Source: Candidatus Eiseniibacteriota bacterium (lineage in GTDB: Bacteria > Eisenbacteria > RBG-16-71-46 > CAZAMP01). Taken from it: a DNA stretch of 64,000 nt. Below the pieces are notes generated by a model, which ran no database searches, was not told the DNA's origin, and saw only the letters and a program-made list of their open reading frames with translations. Positions 27,593 to 37,160 of this stretch are shown one piece after another; within the stretch, counting starts at the first letter, position 1; the number at the start of each line of letters is the position of its first letter. The position numbers and the translations under genes are program-made. The DNA is taken from assembly GCA_965224245.1 (NCBI GenBank), contig OZ245046.1, forward strand, positions 3,120,484-3,184,483, read 5' to 3'.

Positions 27593-28196
27593 GGAGCGCC
27601 CTGGCGAGCCGGGACACCGCGCGACTCACGGCCTTGCGTGCCGCGATGGTGGACGGCTTTCCCAGTATGTCGGCCACGTGCTCGTAGGGAAGACCCATCT
27701 CGAGGCGGGCGATGATCGCCTCGCGATCGACGTCGCGGAGCGCGCGGAGCGCCTTCTCGTACCGGGCCATCTCGTCCTGCGTGACGACGTGGTCGAGCGC
27801 GTTCGGCACGGACGGACCCGCTGCGTCGTCCGCGAGCGGCAAAGAGGTCGGGCGGCGTCCGAGTCGACGGGCCTCCTCCCTCACCCGGTTGTGGAGTGTC
27901 GTGCGGAGGTAGGCGAGGAGCGCGCCGTCGCGCCGGTGCTCGAATCCGGAGAGGTTCTTCAGCGTCCGGACGATCGTCTCCTGGACGAGATCGTCGGTCT
28001 CCAGCATGCCCCGCGCGCCCGCCGGCACCCGACCCCGCGCCCAGCGCTGGAGCATGGGCAGATATCGGTTGCAGAGCCGGTCGAGGGCCGCGGCGTCGCC
28101 GAGCTGGGCCTTGTGCAGGAGCTCGACCGACGACTCGGTGCGAGTCCTGGTGCGTCGTGAGGCATGCTCTCGCGGGTTGCCGCTCTCGACCTGCAT
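27579..28196 (-). CDS. ECF-family sigma factor co-transcribed with the kinase-STAND-TPR gene
   Basis: I chose Met8 (MQVESGNP...). Region 2 is DDLVQETIVRTLKNL. The region-4 helix-turn-helix is YEHVADILGKPSTIAARKAVSRA. It overlaps the kinase start by 14 nt. Confidence 0.7.
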   Translation of the reverse strand: MQVESGNPREHASRRTRTRTESSVELLHKAQLGDAAALDRLCNRYLPMLQRWARGRVPAGARGMLETDDLVQETIVRTLKNLSGFEHRRDGALLAYLRTTLHNRVREEARRLGRRPTSLPLADDAAGPSVPNALDHVVTQDEMARYEKALRALRDVDREAIIARLEMGLPYEHVADILGKPSTIAARKAVSRAVSRLARALHDRA

Positions 28197-28460
28197 GGCT
28201 GCTCCCGTGTCGCGCACGCCGTTCGCGCACGTCGCCGTGGTGGGCGCCTCCTCGGCCGCTGCATGACGACATGACTATATCAAAGAACGGTGCCGGCACC
28301 GCCGTTTGCCGCGATCACGGCGCGGGACGCTCTTTTGGGGGGCGGCAGGGGGCTGTCGGGTCGGCACATGTGACCGGTCGAGCCCGCCGCGCGCCGGAAG
28401 GCGCGGGCGAGCTTGGGGTGGACCCCCGGCTCGCGGATCAGCCGCGGAGACGCTCGGCCG

Positions 28461-31400
28461 TCAACGGAGCACGGTGAGCTTGTGGGTCGATCGGAGCCCG
28501 GGCACCGTGACCTGGTAGAAGTACAGGCCGCTCGAGAGTCCGTGGCCGTCCACCCGGATCCGGTGCGTGCCCGCCGCGTGGTGTGCGCGGCTCAGCGTGC
28601 GGACGAACCGTCCCCCCGCGTCGTAGAGATCGACGGTCACCCGGCCCGCCACGGGAAGCTCCAGCCCGATCCACGTTGTGCCGCGAAGCGGGTTCGGCGC
28701 GGCCGGACGTACGGCAGCCACGACCGGCGCCAAGGTGGGCGGGTCGGACGACGCGAGGACCACGGGCCACGACGCCAGGCCGACTCCGCCATGAAGGTAA
28801 CCGAGGAACGTGGTGTACTCGCCCACGACGTTCACTTCGTAGAACCCGACGCCGTCCACACCGTAGATCGTTCCATCCGACGCCGCCGCGAGATCCACGA
28901 TCTCGGTGGAGAACTGCGCGATCAGCGTGAAGGCTCCCGTCTCTCGATCGATCTCGAACACGTACGTACTGGTGAGGGCGGCCACGCTCAGCAGACGATC
29001 GAGCGCCGGGTCGTAGACGAGCCCCGTGGCGAGGTACATGAGCCCTTCGAAGGGGACCGTAACCACGAGCGTGACCGGATCCACCTGGTAGAGCGTGCCG
29101 CCGGTAATGCCCACGCCCCAGAGCGTCCCCGTGTCATCGAACGCCAGCGACCCCAGGGGACTGCCGGTGCCGAGGGAGCCCAGGTCCATCGAGGCACCCG
29201 ATTCGCCATCGAGCCGGTAGAGGTGATCGTTCGCGTTGCTCGACGCGAAGATGGCGCCGGTGGGGTCGATCGCCAGCCCCGGGAGATACCCCGGGACCCC
29301 CGTGTGGCCGATCGGGTCGGCGATCTCGCCCCCGAGCCGCGGAATGCTCGCGAAGTCCACCACCACGAGCTCGACGCCGATCGCGGTGGATCGAGTGGCG
29401 ATCGCGCCGTCGATCGGCGCGGGGCCCACGACGTCGCCGACCGTGACGGTGAGTGGCACCGCGACCTCGGGCTGCATCGGGTCGCTGCTGGTGATGGTGA
29501 GCGGGCACTCGTACACGCCCGTCGTCACTCCGGCCGCGTCGAGGGTCACGGTGAGGGTCTCGGAGTCGCCCCCGACGATGGTGCCGGCGGGCGGGGAGAC
29601 CGAGATCCACGGGCAGGCCGCGTCCACCGCCACCGCCCAGCCGAGAGGCGGCGAGTCGGGCGCGTTTTCGAGCTCGAGCGCCAGCGCCGAGACGAAGCCC
29701 TCGGGCAGCTCCGCCTCCAGCGAGTCGGGACCGAACGTCATGACCGCGGGCGGCTCGACGAGCGCGATGCGCTGATCCACGGTCGGGGTCTCCACGCTGA
29801 TCGCCCCCGACGGCCACCGCACGCGCACCTCGTCGATCGTCGTGTTCGCTCCCAGTCCGAAATGCGCCACGAGGTCGTTCTGGGCGAGATACCCCTCTCC
29901 CGCGGACACCATTCGCGTCTGGGTCACGCCCCCCGCGGTGAGCTCGACGCGCGCCCCGATGGCGGCCCTGTTCGAGGTGACACCCTCCAGTGAGACCTGC
30001 AGCCAGTGCGCACCGGTGTCGGTGTCGTTCCGGAGAAGCTGGTTGGCCCCGATCGACCCCACGTAGACGTCGACGTCCCCGTCCAGGTCGTAGTCGCTCA
30101 CCGCAGCGGCAACCGGAACGCCGCTGAACGCGATGCTCCCCATCTGAACGGGAACGAACACGCCTCCACCCTCGTTCTCGAAGAGCTGGCTGTCGGACGC
30201 GTCGAGCAGAAGGACGTCGAGGTCGCCGTCGTTGTCGAAGTCCAGCCAGACCCCGCCGCGGTTTCCGTTTCCCATCGTTCCCTGCAGCAACCCCGCCGTG
30301 ACGTCCCTGAAGATGCCGTACCCGTCGTTTCGGAACAGCCGATCGGCTGCGAGGCTGTTCACGACGTGCAGGTCGAGATCGCCGTCGTTGTCGTAGTCGA
30401 TCCAGCTGACGCCGCGCGTGCCGTCGGTGTCGTCGAGCGGGCCCCCGGTCGCGTCGGCGAAGCTGCCGCCTCCGTCGTTTCGCAGGAGCACGTTCGTCGA
30501 GGTGCTGTTGTTTCCGACGTAGAAGTCGAGGTCACCGTCGTCGTCGTAGTCGCCCCACGCCCCGCCGCGGGCCGATCGCGTGTCACCGATCGGTCCGGCG
30601 GTGACGTCGCTGAACGTCCCCGCGTCGTTCCGGAGGAGCAGGTTGGCACCGGTCCGGAGTACGTAGAGATCGACGTACCCGTCGTCGTCGTAATCCCCCC
30701 ACGGCGCGAAGCGGGAGGGACCGGAGTCGTCGAGCGGGGCCACCGTCACGTCGGCGAAGACGTGACTTCCGTCGTTACGAAGAAGCTTGCTGGGCTCATT
30801 GAAGTTCACGAGGTAGAGATCGAGATCGCCGTCGTTGTCGTAGTCGGCCAGGGTGGTGCCGCTTCCCTCGCCGGCATCTCCTGCGGGGCCGCTGGTGACG
30901 TCGACGAACGAGCCGCCATCGTTGCGGAAGAGCAGGTTGGAGCTCGACAGGTTCGTCACGTAGAGATCGGCGTCACCGTCACCGTCGGTGTCTCCCCACG
31001 CGACGCCGCGCGCCGAGGACGCGTCGTCGATCGGTGCCGCGGTGGCGTCCGTCCAGTCGGTGACCTCCATCGCCTCGGTGACGACGATCCGCTGATCCAC
31101 CGAGGGGGTCAGGTCCTGCACGAGCCCCGAGGGCCACCTGACGCGCAGGAGGTCGACCGTCGTGGCGCTCCCCAGCCCGAAGCTGACGGTGTAGGGAGAT
31201 TGACCGTGGGCGCCGGTGTCGGCGCGCACCTCGCCGACCTGCATCACCCCACCGGCGGTCAGCTCCAGTCGCGCCCCCACACCGAAGTGATTCGAGAGCA
31301 CACCCACCAGATCGACCTGAAGCCAGTGATTCCCCGGGCTCTCGTCGTTCCGGAAGAGACGGTTGACGTCCCCGTACGAGGCCTGGAAGAGATCGAGGTC

Positions 31401-33440
31401 ACCGTCCCCGTCGTAGTCGATCGGGACGATGGACTCGGACTGGTCGGGGTCGTCGAGCGGGAAGCGGGAGAGATCGACGAACGTGCCACCGTCGTTGCGG
31501 TAGATGGCGTTCCGCTCGTCGTATCCGCTGATCGCCAGGTCGGCGTCCCCGTCGAGATCGAAGTCGGCCCAGGCGGGGCTCACCGCGGAGAGCGTCGTCC
31601 CGAAGCCCGGGTACGCCGCGAACGCCCCACCGCCGTCGTTCCGCAGGACGGTGGTGCTCGCGAGGACGACGTTGGCCAGCGCGAGATCGAGATCCCCGTC
31701 ACCATCCGGGTCGCCCCACGCGATCCCGTCGCCCGAGCCCACGTCGTCGAGTGGCGGAGTGGTCACGTCCACGAACGTTCCGCCGTCGTTTCGAAAGAGC
31801 TGGTTCGGTGACAGCTCGTTCGTGAGGTAGAGGTCGGGGTCGCCGTCGAGGTCGACGTCCGTCCAGGCGGCCCGGTATCCCTCGACGATCGTGTTCATGA
31901 TCGCGGGGGTCGCGTCGACGAACGTACCGCCGTCGTTGCGGAGCAGGCGATTGTCGGCGTCGTGATTGGCGAGGAACAGATCGACGTCACCGTCCCCGTC
32001 GTAGTCCGCCGCGGCGGTGCCCACGGTCTCGCTCGGATCGTCGAGAGGGGCGACCGTGGCATCGACGAACGTGGCGCCGTCGTTGCGGAAGTAGTGGTTC
32101 GTTCCTGCGTTCGAGACGTAGAGATCCAGGTCGCCGTCGTCGTCGAGGTCCACCCAGAGCGAGCCCCAGCTGAACAGACCGTCGTCGAGCGGGGCCACGG
32201 TCGCGTCCACGAAGGTGCCGGCGTCGTTGCGCAGAAGCTGGTTCGGCGTCGCGCCGCCCCCCGAGAGGTACACGTCGGCGTCGCCGTCTCCGTCGTAGTC
32301 GCCGGCGGACACCGCCACGCTTCGATCCTGACTGGCCACCGCGGCATTGGTGACGTCGGTCCAGAAGGGAAGCGGGCTCCGCCAGGCGAGTCCCTGCGAC
32401 GCCACGCCGTCGACCGAGGAGAACTGGCCGCCCACGAAGAGATCCCCTCCGCGCACGACCACGTGCCATGGCAGACCGGACACCGACGCCTCTTCGGCCC
32501 AGGCCACGCCGTCCCATCGCGCGAGACCGTCGAGCGAGGTGCCTCCAGAGCCGGTGAAGGTCCCGGCGGCGAGAAGCTCGGTGCCGTCGCTGGTGAGGCC
32601 GACCGGACCGAACCCACCCTCGAGACCGTCCCCCATCGCGTGCCAGTCGATCCCGTCGAAGCGCACGATACCCTCGATGGGCTGCCCGTTTACCTCGTCG
32701 AAGGTTCCACCCACGACGAGATCTCCGGCGAGCTCGGCCAGCGACCAGATGGTCGGCTCGAAGCCGTTGTCGAGAAGGGTTCCGAGGAAGCTCCAGCTGG
32801 TCCCGTCCCAGCGCCGCAGGTCGGTCCCGAACCCGCCGCCCACGATCAGGTCGCCGTCCCAGGGGAGGAGCGCGAGCACGTCGCCGGTCACGCTGCCGAT
32901 CGACGACCAGACGGCGCCGTCCCACCGGGCGATGTTGCCCACCGCGACACCACCCGCCGAGGAGAAGAACCCGCCCACGATCAGATCACCACCGTAGGTG
33001 GCGAGGGCCAGCCCCTGCGTGGGAGAGCCTCCGGTGAGGCCGGATCCGAACGCACTCCACGTCGTTCCGTCCCAGGCTGCGATGCCGTTCGCGGACACGC
33101 CTCCAATGCTCGTGAACTCGCCCGCGGCGACGAGGAGATCGCCGTACATCATCAGGTCGAAGACCGCGGGGCTGGACCCTCCACCGGCATCGCCGAGGTC
33201 GCGCCAGCTTCCACCCGCCCACACCGCGATGCTGCGGATCGACTCGGATCCCGCCATCGTGAAGTCCCCGCCCACGGCGAAGCCGTCGCCGTACTCGATC
33301 ATGGCGTAGACCGAGCCGTCGATCCCGAGCCCCGAGGGCGGGGCATCCAGCAGCGTGTTCCAGGAGTCGGCACTGGAAGAGAGCGGCACCGCGACGAGGG
33401 CCGCGACGATCGGTTGGGAGACGGAGCGAGCTCGAAGCAT
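28461..33440 (-). CDS. Giant secreted CRTAC1-like protein of about 1659 aa, with FG-GAP/VCBS repeats, two ASPIC/UnbV domains and a C-terminal FlgD-Ig/T9SS-like domain
   Basis: Signal peptide MLRARSVSQPIVAALVAVPLSSSAD. Dozens of D.DGDGD.DLY..N....LLRNDGG.F.DVT repeats occur. The two UnbV_ASPIC-like blocks are HWLQVDLVGVLSNHFGVGARLELTAGG...VRWPSG and HWLQVSLEGVTSNRAAIGARVELTAGG...VRWPSG. The tail is VTVDLYDAGGRFVRTL...GLYFYQV. Confidence 0.8.
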   Translation of the reverse strand: MLRARSVSQPIVAALVAVPLSSSADSWNTLLDAPPSGLGIDGSVYAMIEYGDGFAVGGDFTMAGSESIRSIAVWAGGSWRDLGDAGGGSSPAVFDLMMYGDLLVAAGEFTSIGGVSANGIAAWDGTTWSAFGSGLTGGSPTQGLALATYGGDLIVGGFFSSAGGVAVGNIARWDGAVWSSIGSVTGDVLALLPWDGDLIVGGGFGTDLRRWDGTSWSFLGTLLDNGFEPTIWSLAELAGDLVVGGTFDEVNGQPIEGIVRFDGIDWHAMGDGLEGGFGPVGLTSDGTELLAAGTFTGSGGTSLDGLARWDGVAWAEEASVSGLPWHVVVRGGDLFVGGQFSSVDGVASQGLAWRSPLPFWTDVTNAAVASQDRSVAVSAGDYDGDGDADVYLSGGGATPNQLLRNDAGTFVDATVAPLDDGLFSWGSLWVDLDDDGDLDLYVSNAGTNHYFRNDGATFVDATVAPLDDPSETVGTAAADYDGDGDVDLFLANHDADNRLLRNDGGTFVDATPAIMNTIVEGYRAAWTDVDLDGDPDLYLTNELSPNQLFRNDGGTFVDVTTPPLDDVGSGDGIAWGDPDGDGDLDLALANVVLASTTVLRNDGGGAFAAYPGFGTTLSAVSPAWADFDLDGDADLAISGYDERNAIYRNDGGTFVDLSRFPLDDPDQSESIVPIDYDGDGDLDLFQASYGDVNRLFRNDESPGNHWLQVDLVGVLSNHFGVGARLELTAGGVMQVGEVRADTGAHGQSPYTVSFGLGSATTVDLLRVRWPSGLVQDLTPSVDQRIVVTEAMEVTDWTDATAAPIDDASSARGVAWGDTDGDGDADLYVTNLSSSNLLFRNDGGSFVDVTSGPAGDAGEGSGTTLADYDNDGDLDLYLVNFNEPSKLLRNDGSHVFADVTVAPLDDSGPSRFAPWGDYDDDGYVDLYVLRTGANLLLRNDAGTFSDVTAGPIGDTRSARGGAWGDYDDDGDLDFYVGNNSTSTNVLLRNDGGGSFADATGGPLDDTDGTRGVSWIDYDNDGDLDLHVVNSLAADRLFRNDGYGIFRDVTAGLLQGTMGNGNRGGVWLDFDNDGDLDVLLLDASDSQLFENEGGGVFVPVQMGSIAFSGVPVAAAVSDYDLDGDVDVYVGSIGANQLLRNDTDTGAHWLQVSLEGVTSNRAAIGARVELTAGGVTQTRMVSAGEGYLAQNDLVAHFGLGANTTIDEVRVRWPSGAISVETPTVDQRIALVEPPAVMTFGPDSLEAELPEGFVSALALELENAPDSPPLGWAVAVDAACPWISVSPPAGTIVGGDSETLTVTLDAAGVTTGVYECPLTITSSDPMQPEVAVPLTVTVGDVVGPAPIDGAIATRSTAIGVELVVVDFASIPRLGGEIADPIGHTGVPGYLPGLAIDPTGAIFASSNANDHLYRLDGESGASMDLGSLGTGSPLGSLAFDDTGTLWGVGITGGTLYQVDPVTLVVTVPFEGLMYLATGLVYDPALDRLLSVAALTSTYVFEIDRETGAFTLIAQFSTEIVDLAAASDGTIYGVDGVGFYEVNVVGEYTTFLGYLHGGVGLASWPVVLASSDPPTLAPVVAAVRPAAPNPLRGTTWIGLELPVAGRVTVDLYDAGGRFVRTLSRAHHAAGTHRIRVDGHGLSSGLYFYQVTVPGLRSTHKLTVLR

Positions 33441-33643
33441 GGGGATCCTCCTGAGATCTGGCGTCACCCTCCCCAATGCCGGCGGGACCGAGGTGTGACA
33501 CCCTCCCGGCCGTGCCGCGCCGGCTCATCGGCCCCGGCGGCTGGTGCCGTTGCTCGTCACCCCCCGGCCCATCGGCGCTCTCGTCTCGAGTGTCCATGCC
33601 GGCTACACTCTCCAGCCGTCGACGAGCCGGAGAGAGGAGACCC

Positions 33644-34525
33644 ATGCGACCGACCACGTCCCTCGGGTGGATTCCGCTGGCGGCAGTGCTCGCCGCGGCG
33701 GCCGACCCCCACGAGACCCCTCTCGCGGTCCGCGAGGCGACCGATCGAGCCGGAACGAACGCCGCGGCCATCGAACGGGTGTGGCGCGAGACCTCCCCGG
33801 CCCATCGCCCTGGAGTGGAGTTCCTCCTCCGGCACATGCCGCGCCGGGACATCACGTCACTCCCGGCGGCCTTTCTGGAGGAGAACGTCCGCCTCGCCTA
33901 TGCGGCGTACGACAGCGCACCGTGGCGGAACGAGATCCCTCAGGAGATCTTCCTGAACGAGATCCTGCCCTACTGCTTCGTGACCGAGGAACGGGCCCCC
34001 TGGCGAGCCGAGCTGGCCGAGCGTTGCCGCCCGCTGGTGGCCGGCGCCACCTCACCCTCGGAGGCCGCCGCCCGGCTCAACCGGGAGATGTTCCCGGCGT
34101 TCGGCGTGACGTACTCCCAGGAGCGGTCCCGGACCGACCAGAACGTGCGCCAGGTGCTGGACGAGGGCTTGGCCACCTGCACCGGGCTCTCGGTGCTGCT
34201 CGCGAGCGCCTGTCGCTCGGTCGGGGTGCCGGCTCGGCTGGCCGGGACACCGATGTGGCCCGACAGCAGCGGCAACCACACCTGGGTCGAGATCTGGGAC
34301 GGAGAGTGGCACTTCACCGGCGCCGCCGAGCCGACGGGCGCGGTGCTCGACAGCGCCTGGTTCGTGGAGCGAGCCCGGACGTGTCCGGAGGACGTGCCCG
34401 GGCACGCCATCTACGCGACGAGCTACGCTCGCACCGACACGCCCTTCCCCATCGCCTGGGCCGACTCCGTGAAGGACGTCTGGGGCGTGAACGTCACGCA
34501 GCGCTACGCGCAGGATCGGCCGTGA
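33644..34525 (+). CDS. Transglutaminase-like superfamily (Cys-His-Asp) protein, secreted
   Basis: GGAGAGGAGA precedes ATG 33644, and MRPTTSLGWIPLAAVLAAAAD is a signal peptide. The core motifs are GLATCTGLSVLLASACRSVGVPARL and HTWVEIWDGEWHFTGAAEP. Confidence 0.65.
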   Translation: MRPTTSLGWIPLAAVLAAAADPHETPLAVREATDRAGTNAAAIERVWRETSPAHRPGVEFLLRHMPRRDITSLPAAFLEENVRLAYAAYDSAPWRNEIPQEIFLNEILPYCFVTEERAPWRAELAERCRPLVAGATSPSEAAARLNREMFPAFGVTYSQERSRTDQNVRQVLDEGLATCTGLSVLLASACRSVGVPARLAGTPMWPDSSGNHTWVEIWDGEWHFTGAAEPTGAVLDSAWFVERARTCPEDVPGHAIYATSYARTDTPFPIAWADSVKDVWGVNVTQRYAQDRP

Positions 34526-34581
34526 CCATCACCGGCTGATCCCGTCCGCTCCGCCCGCCGTGCGCCGGAGCTTGGTGGCGG

Positions 34582-36303
34582 TCAGGGCGCGACCCAGCGA
34601 TGCCGTCTATTCGTCTCCAGATCGGTGTGCAGGGTCGACGCGCCGTCCGGCCACCGGACCCGCACGGAGTCGACGACCGCGCAGTCGCCGAGCCCGAAGT
34701 GGAGCCGAAACGAGCTCTGCGACTGATACGTCGAGCCGCTCCGAACCTCCCGGACCTGCTGCCTCCCGGCGGCGTGAAGCGTCGCGAGCGCGCCGATCGC
34801 CGCGCTCCCCCGCGCGTCGACGAGGTCGAGGACGAGCCAGCGCCCCGATCCCGACGCATCGTTGCGAAACAGGAGCGGGCGGCAGTCCATTCCGGTCACC
34901 ACGGCATCGACGTCGCCGTCGTTGTCGTAGTCGCCCATCGCGAGCCCGCGGCCGGAGATGGGGAGTCCGAGTCCCGGAACGTCCGAGGCATCGACGAACG
35001 CCCCCGCGTCGTTCCGGAACAGGAGCGGCGCCTGTGCATAGGTCTCGTCCAGCTCGGCGACGTCGTCGACCTGAGGGAAGATGTGGCCGTTGATGATCAA
35101 CAGGTCCAGGTCCGCGTCGTTGTCGTAGTCGAAGAACGCGCAGCCCCAGCTCAGCGGACGGTAGGAGACGCGATCGATGTCGTGTCCGGCCGTCACGTCC
35201 TGGAAGAACAGACCTCCGGCGTTGTGGTAGAGCGTGGAGTGATCGAATGCGAAGTTCGTGACGAAGATCTCCTGCAGACCGTCGCCGTCCACGTCCCCGG
35301 CGTCGACGCCCATCCCCGCCTGAGCGGATCCATGGTCGCTGAAGCCCGCTCCGCTCCAGGCGCCGACGTCGGCGAAATGCCCCGAACCGTCGTTCCGATA
35401 GAGGAAGTTCTGGTTGGAGTCGTTGGCCACGTACACGTCCACGTCTCCGTCGGCATCGAGGTCCGAGGTGAGCACGCCGAGGCCGTACGCCTCGGCGTCG
35501 TCGGTGAACCCGCTCTCGTCGGTGGCGTCGGTGAACGAGCCGTCTCCCTCGTTCCGGAAGAACCGGTCGCGTCCGCCACGGAGCCCGAACGGGCCGATCA
35601 TGACGTCGACCTTTCCTTTCCAACGTCCCGTTCGTTCCGCGCCGTGGACGTCGTCCTCGGAGCAGTCGATGTAGTTGGCCACGTAGAGATCGAGATCCCC
35701 GTCGCCGTCGGCATCGAAGAACGAGGCCCCTGCGCCCCATCCGGGCTCGTCGACGCCGGCGCCGGCTGCACGCTCCTCGAAGCTCCCGTCACCGCGGTTG
35801 CGATAGAGGCGATTGGGTCCGAAGTTGGTCACGTAGAGGTCGACGTGACCGTCGCCGTCGTAGTCGCCGGCGCACACGCCCGCGCCCCAGAGATCGTCAC
35901 CGACCCCGGCCTCCGCGGTCACGTCCTCGAACAGATGCCCCTCCCAGTTTCGAAACAACCGGTTCTCGCCCCGGATCGCGACACCGGAGGGGGACTCGTC
36001 GAGACGCCACGCGTTGACCACGTAGAGGTCGAGCCAGCCGTCGGCGTCGTAGTCCACGAACGCGACCCCGGTGCCGACGGACTCCAGGATGTGGTCCTTG
36101 TCCCGACCTCCGGCCCAGGTCGTCACCTCGAGACCCATCGGCTCGGCGATCTCGACGAAACCCCCCGTCCCCGCGGGGATCGGGGACGGCTCGTCGCGCG
36201 CGCAGGAGATGGAGAGCAGCGCCCCGACGACGAGAGGGGCGCCCACCCACGATGCCGCACGGGTATCCGGAACGCGGATCGGCCCGCGCCGTCGATGCCG
36301 CAA
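34582..36303 (-). CDS. CRTAC1-family lipoprotein (FG-GAP repeats plus ASPIC/UnbV)
   Basis: The lipobox is LLSISCA. Repeats are DYDADGWLDLYVVN, GDYDGDGHVDLYVTNFGPNRLYRNRGDGSF and others. The C-terminal UnbV block is RWLVLDLVDARGSAAIGALATLHAAG...VRWPDG. Confidence 0.8.
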   Translation of the reverse strand: MRHRRRGPIRVPDTRAASWVGAPLVVGALLSISCARDEPSPIPAGTGGFVEIAEPMGLEVTTWAGGRDKDHILESVGTGVAFVDYDADGWLDLYVVNAWRLDESPSGVAIRGENRLFRNWEGHLFEDVTAEAGVGDDLWGAGVCAGDYDGDGHVDLYVTNFGPNRLYRNRGDGSFEERAAGAGVDEPGWGAGASFFDADGDGDLDLYVANYIDCSEDDVHGAERTGRWKGKVDVMIGPFGLRGGRDRFFRNEGDGSFTDATDESGFTDDAEAYGLGVLTSDLDADGDVDVYVANDSNQNFLYRNDGSGHFADVGAWSGAGFSDHGSAQAGMGVDAGDVDGDGLQEIFVTNFAFDHSTLYHNAGGLFFQDVTAGHDIDRVSYRPLSWGCAFFDYDNDADLDLLIINGHIFPQVDDVAELDETYAQAPLLFRNDAGAFVDASDVPGLGLPISGRGLAMGDYDNDGDVDAVVTGMDCRPLLFRNDASGSGRWLVLDLVDARGSAAIGALATLHAAGRQQVREVRSGSTYQSQSSFRLHFGLGDCAVVDSVRVRWPDGASTLHTDLETNRRHRWVAP

Positions 36304-36311
36304 GGCCTCGC

Positions 36312-36851
36312 CTACTCTTCCGGAGCGAGGGCGGCCTCGACCAGGGCGTCGAGTGTGCTCCGGGCTTCGGCGATCTGCTCGGCGGTGGCGGAGGCCCCGA
36401 GCCGAGCCACGGCGCCGGCATGGTCGAGCAGCGCTTTCTTCTCGTCGGGGTCGACGAAGACGTAGTCCGCCTCGCTCTCTGCGTCGCTGTGGTGATGGTG
36501 GTGATGATGGTGCCCCGCCTCCGTCAGGGCCTGCCGCACGGCCTGCACGGCCTTCCCTCCTTCGGTGGCGACCTTCGTGATCTCACCGGCCGCCGCTTCG
36601 AGGTTCTTGGCGACGTCCTGACCCGCCGTCGCCCGGGCGAAGTAGTGGACGGCCATCATGTGGTGGTTCGTCAGAATAGTCGCGACCAGTCCGTTCTCGG
36701 CCTCGCGGAGCTCGATCAGCGACCTCGCGAGGTGCTCGTACGTTTGCGCGAGAACGGCTTCCTCGGGGTTCTCGTCGGCGGCGATCGACGAGCCGGCAAC
36801 CGCGACCATCAGCAACACGACAGAGAAAAAAACGGCGATGGGCTTCATCAC
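36312..36851 (-). CDS. Small periplasmic all-alpha protein with a native His8 tract and LTXXQ-like motifs (CpxP/Spy/ZraP-like)
   Basis: MMKPIAVFFSVVLLMVAVAGSSIAAD is a signal peptide. LTXXQ-like motifs are ILTNHH and ALTEAGHHHHHHHHSD. It lies 9 bp upstream of the CRTAC1-like lipoprotein gene on the same strand. Confidence 0.6.
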   Translation of the reverse strand: MMKPIAVFFSVVLLMVAVAGSSIAADENPEEAVLAQTYEHLARSLIELREAENGLVATILTNHHMMAVHYFARATAGQDVAKNLEAAAGEITKVATEGGKAVQAVRQALTEAGHHHHHHHHSDAESEADYVFVDPDEKKALLDHAGAVARLGASATAEQIAEARSTLDALVEAALAPEE

Positions 36852-37160
36852 GTGCTCCTCTCGGCAATCGCCCCGGCCTCCGATCCATCCGGCGGGCGTG
36901 GCCCGCCGCGGATCTGTTGAACGATACCGGCGACTCTATTCCCCGGAAACCAGCCGCTTCAAGCCGGTTCTTGCCGGGTTTCGATTGCGGCGCGGTTGCA
37001 GCCGCGCATCGCGACGAGACCGGCGGTCCGAAGCCGATCGTCGCTCGTGTCGCCGAACGCGACGCGCGAAGGGCGTCGAAGAAACCGCTGGCGCCCGCCG
37101 GTCACCACGGGTACCGTCCTGAGCCCCGTTCCGGTTCGACCGCCATCGTTGGAGATCGCC

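Noticed and set aside
30006-36465. Long plus-strand ORFs (30006-31811, 31962-33956, 34600-36465) and the minus-strand ORF 34607-35740
   Set aside because: They are antisense or frame-shifted shadows of the CRTAC1-like genes. Their Asp/Gly repeats mirror the FG-GAP repeats on the opposite strand.
36480-36510. Possible simple-sequence repeat or artificial His-tag at the His8 codons
   Set aside because: The codons alternate CAC and CAT inside an otherwise normal secreted-protein gene with its own signal peptide. A native His-rich tract is more parsimonious than vector contamination.
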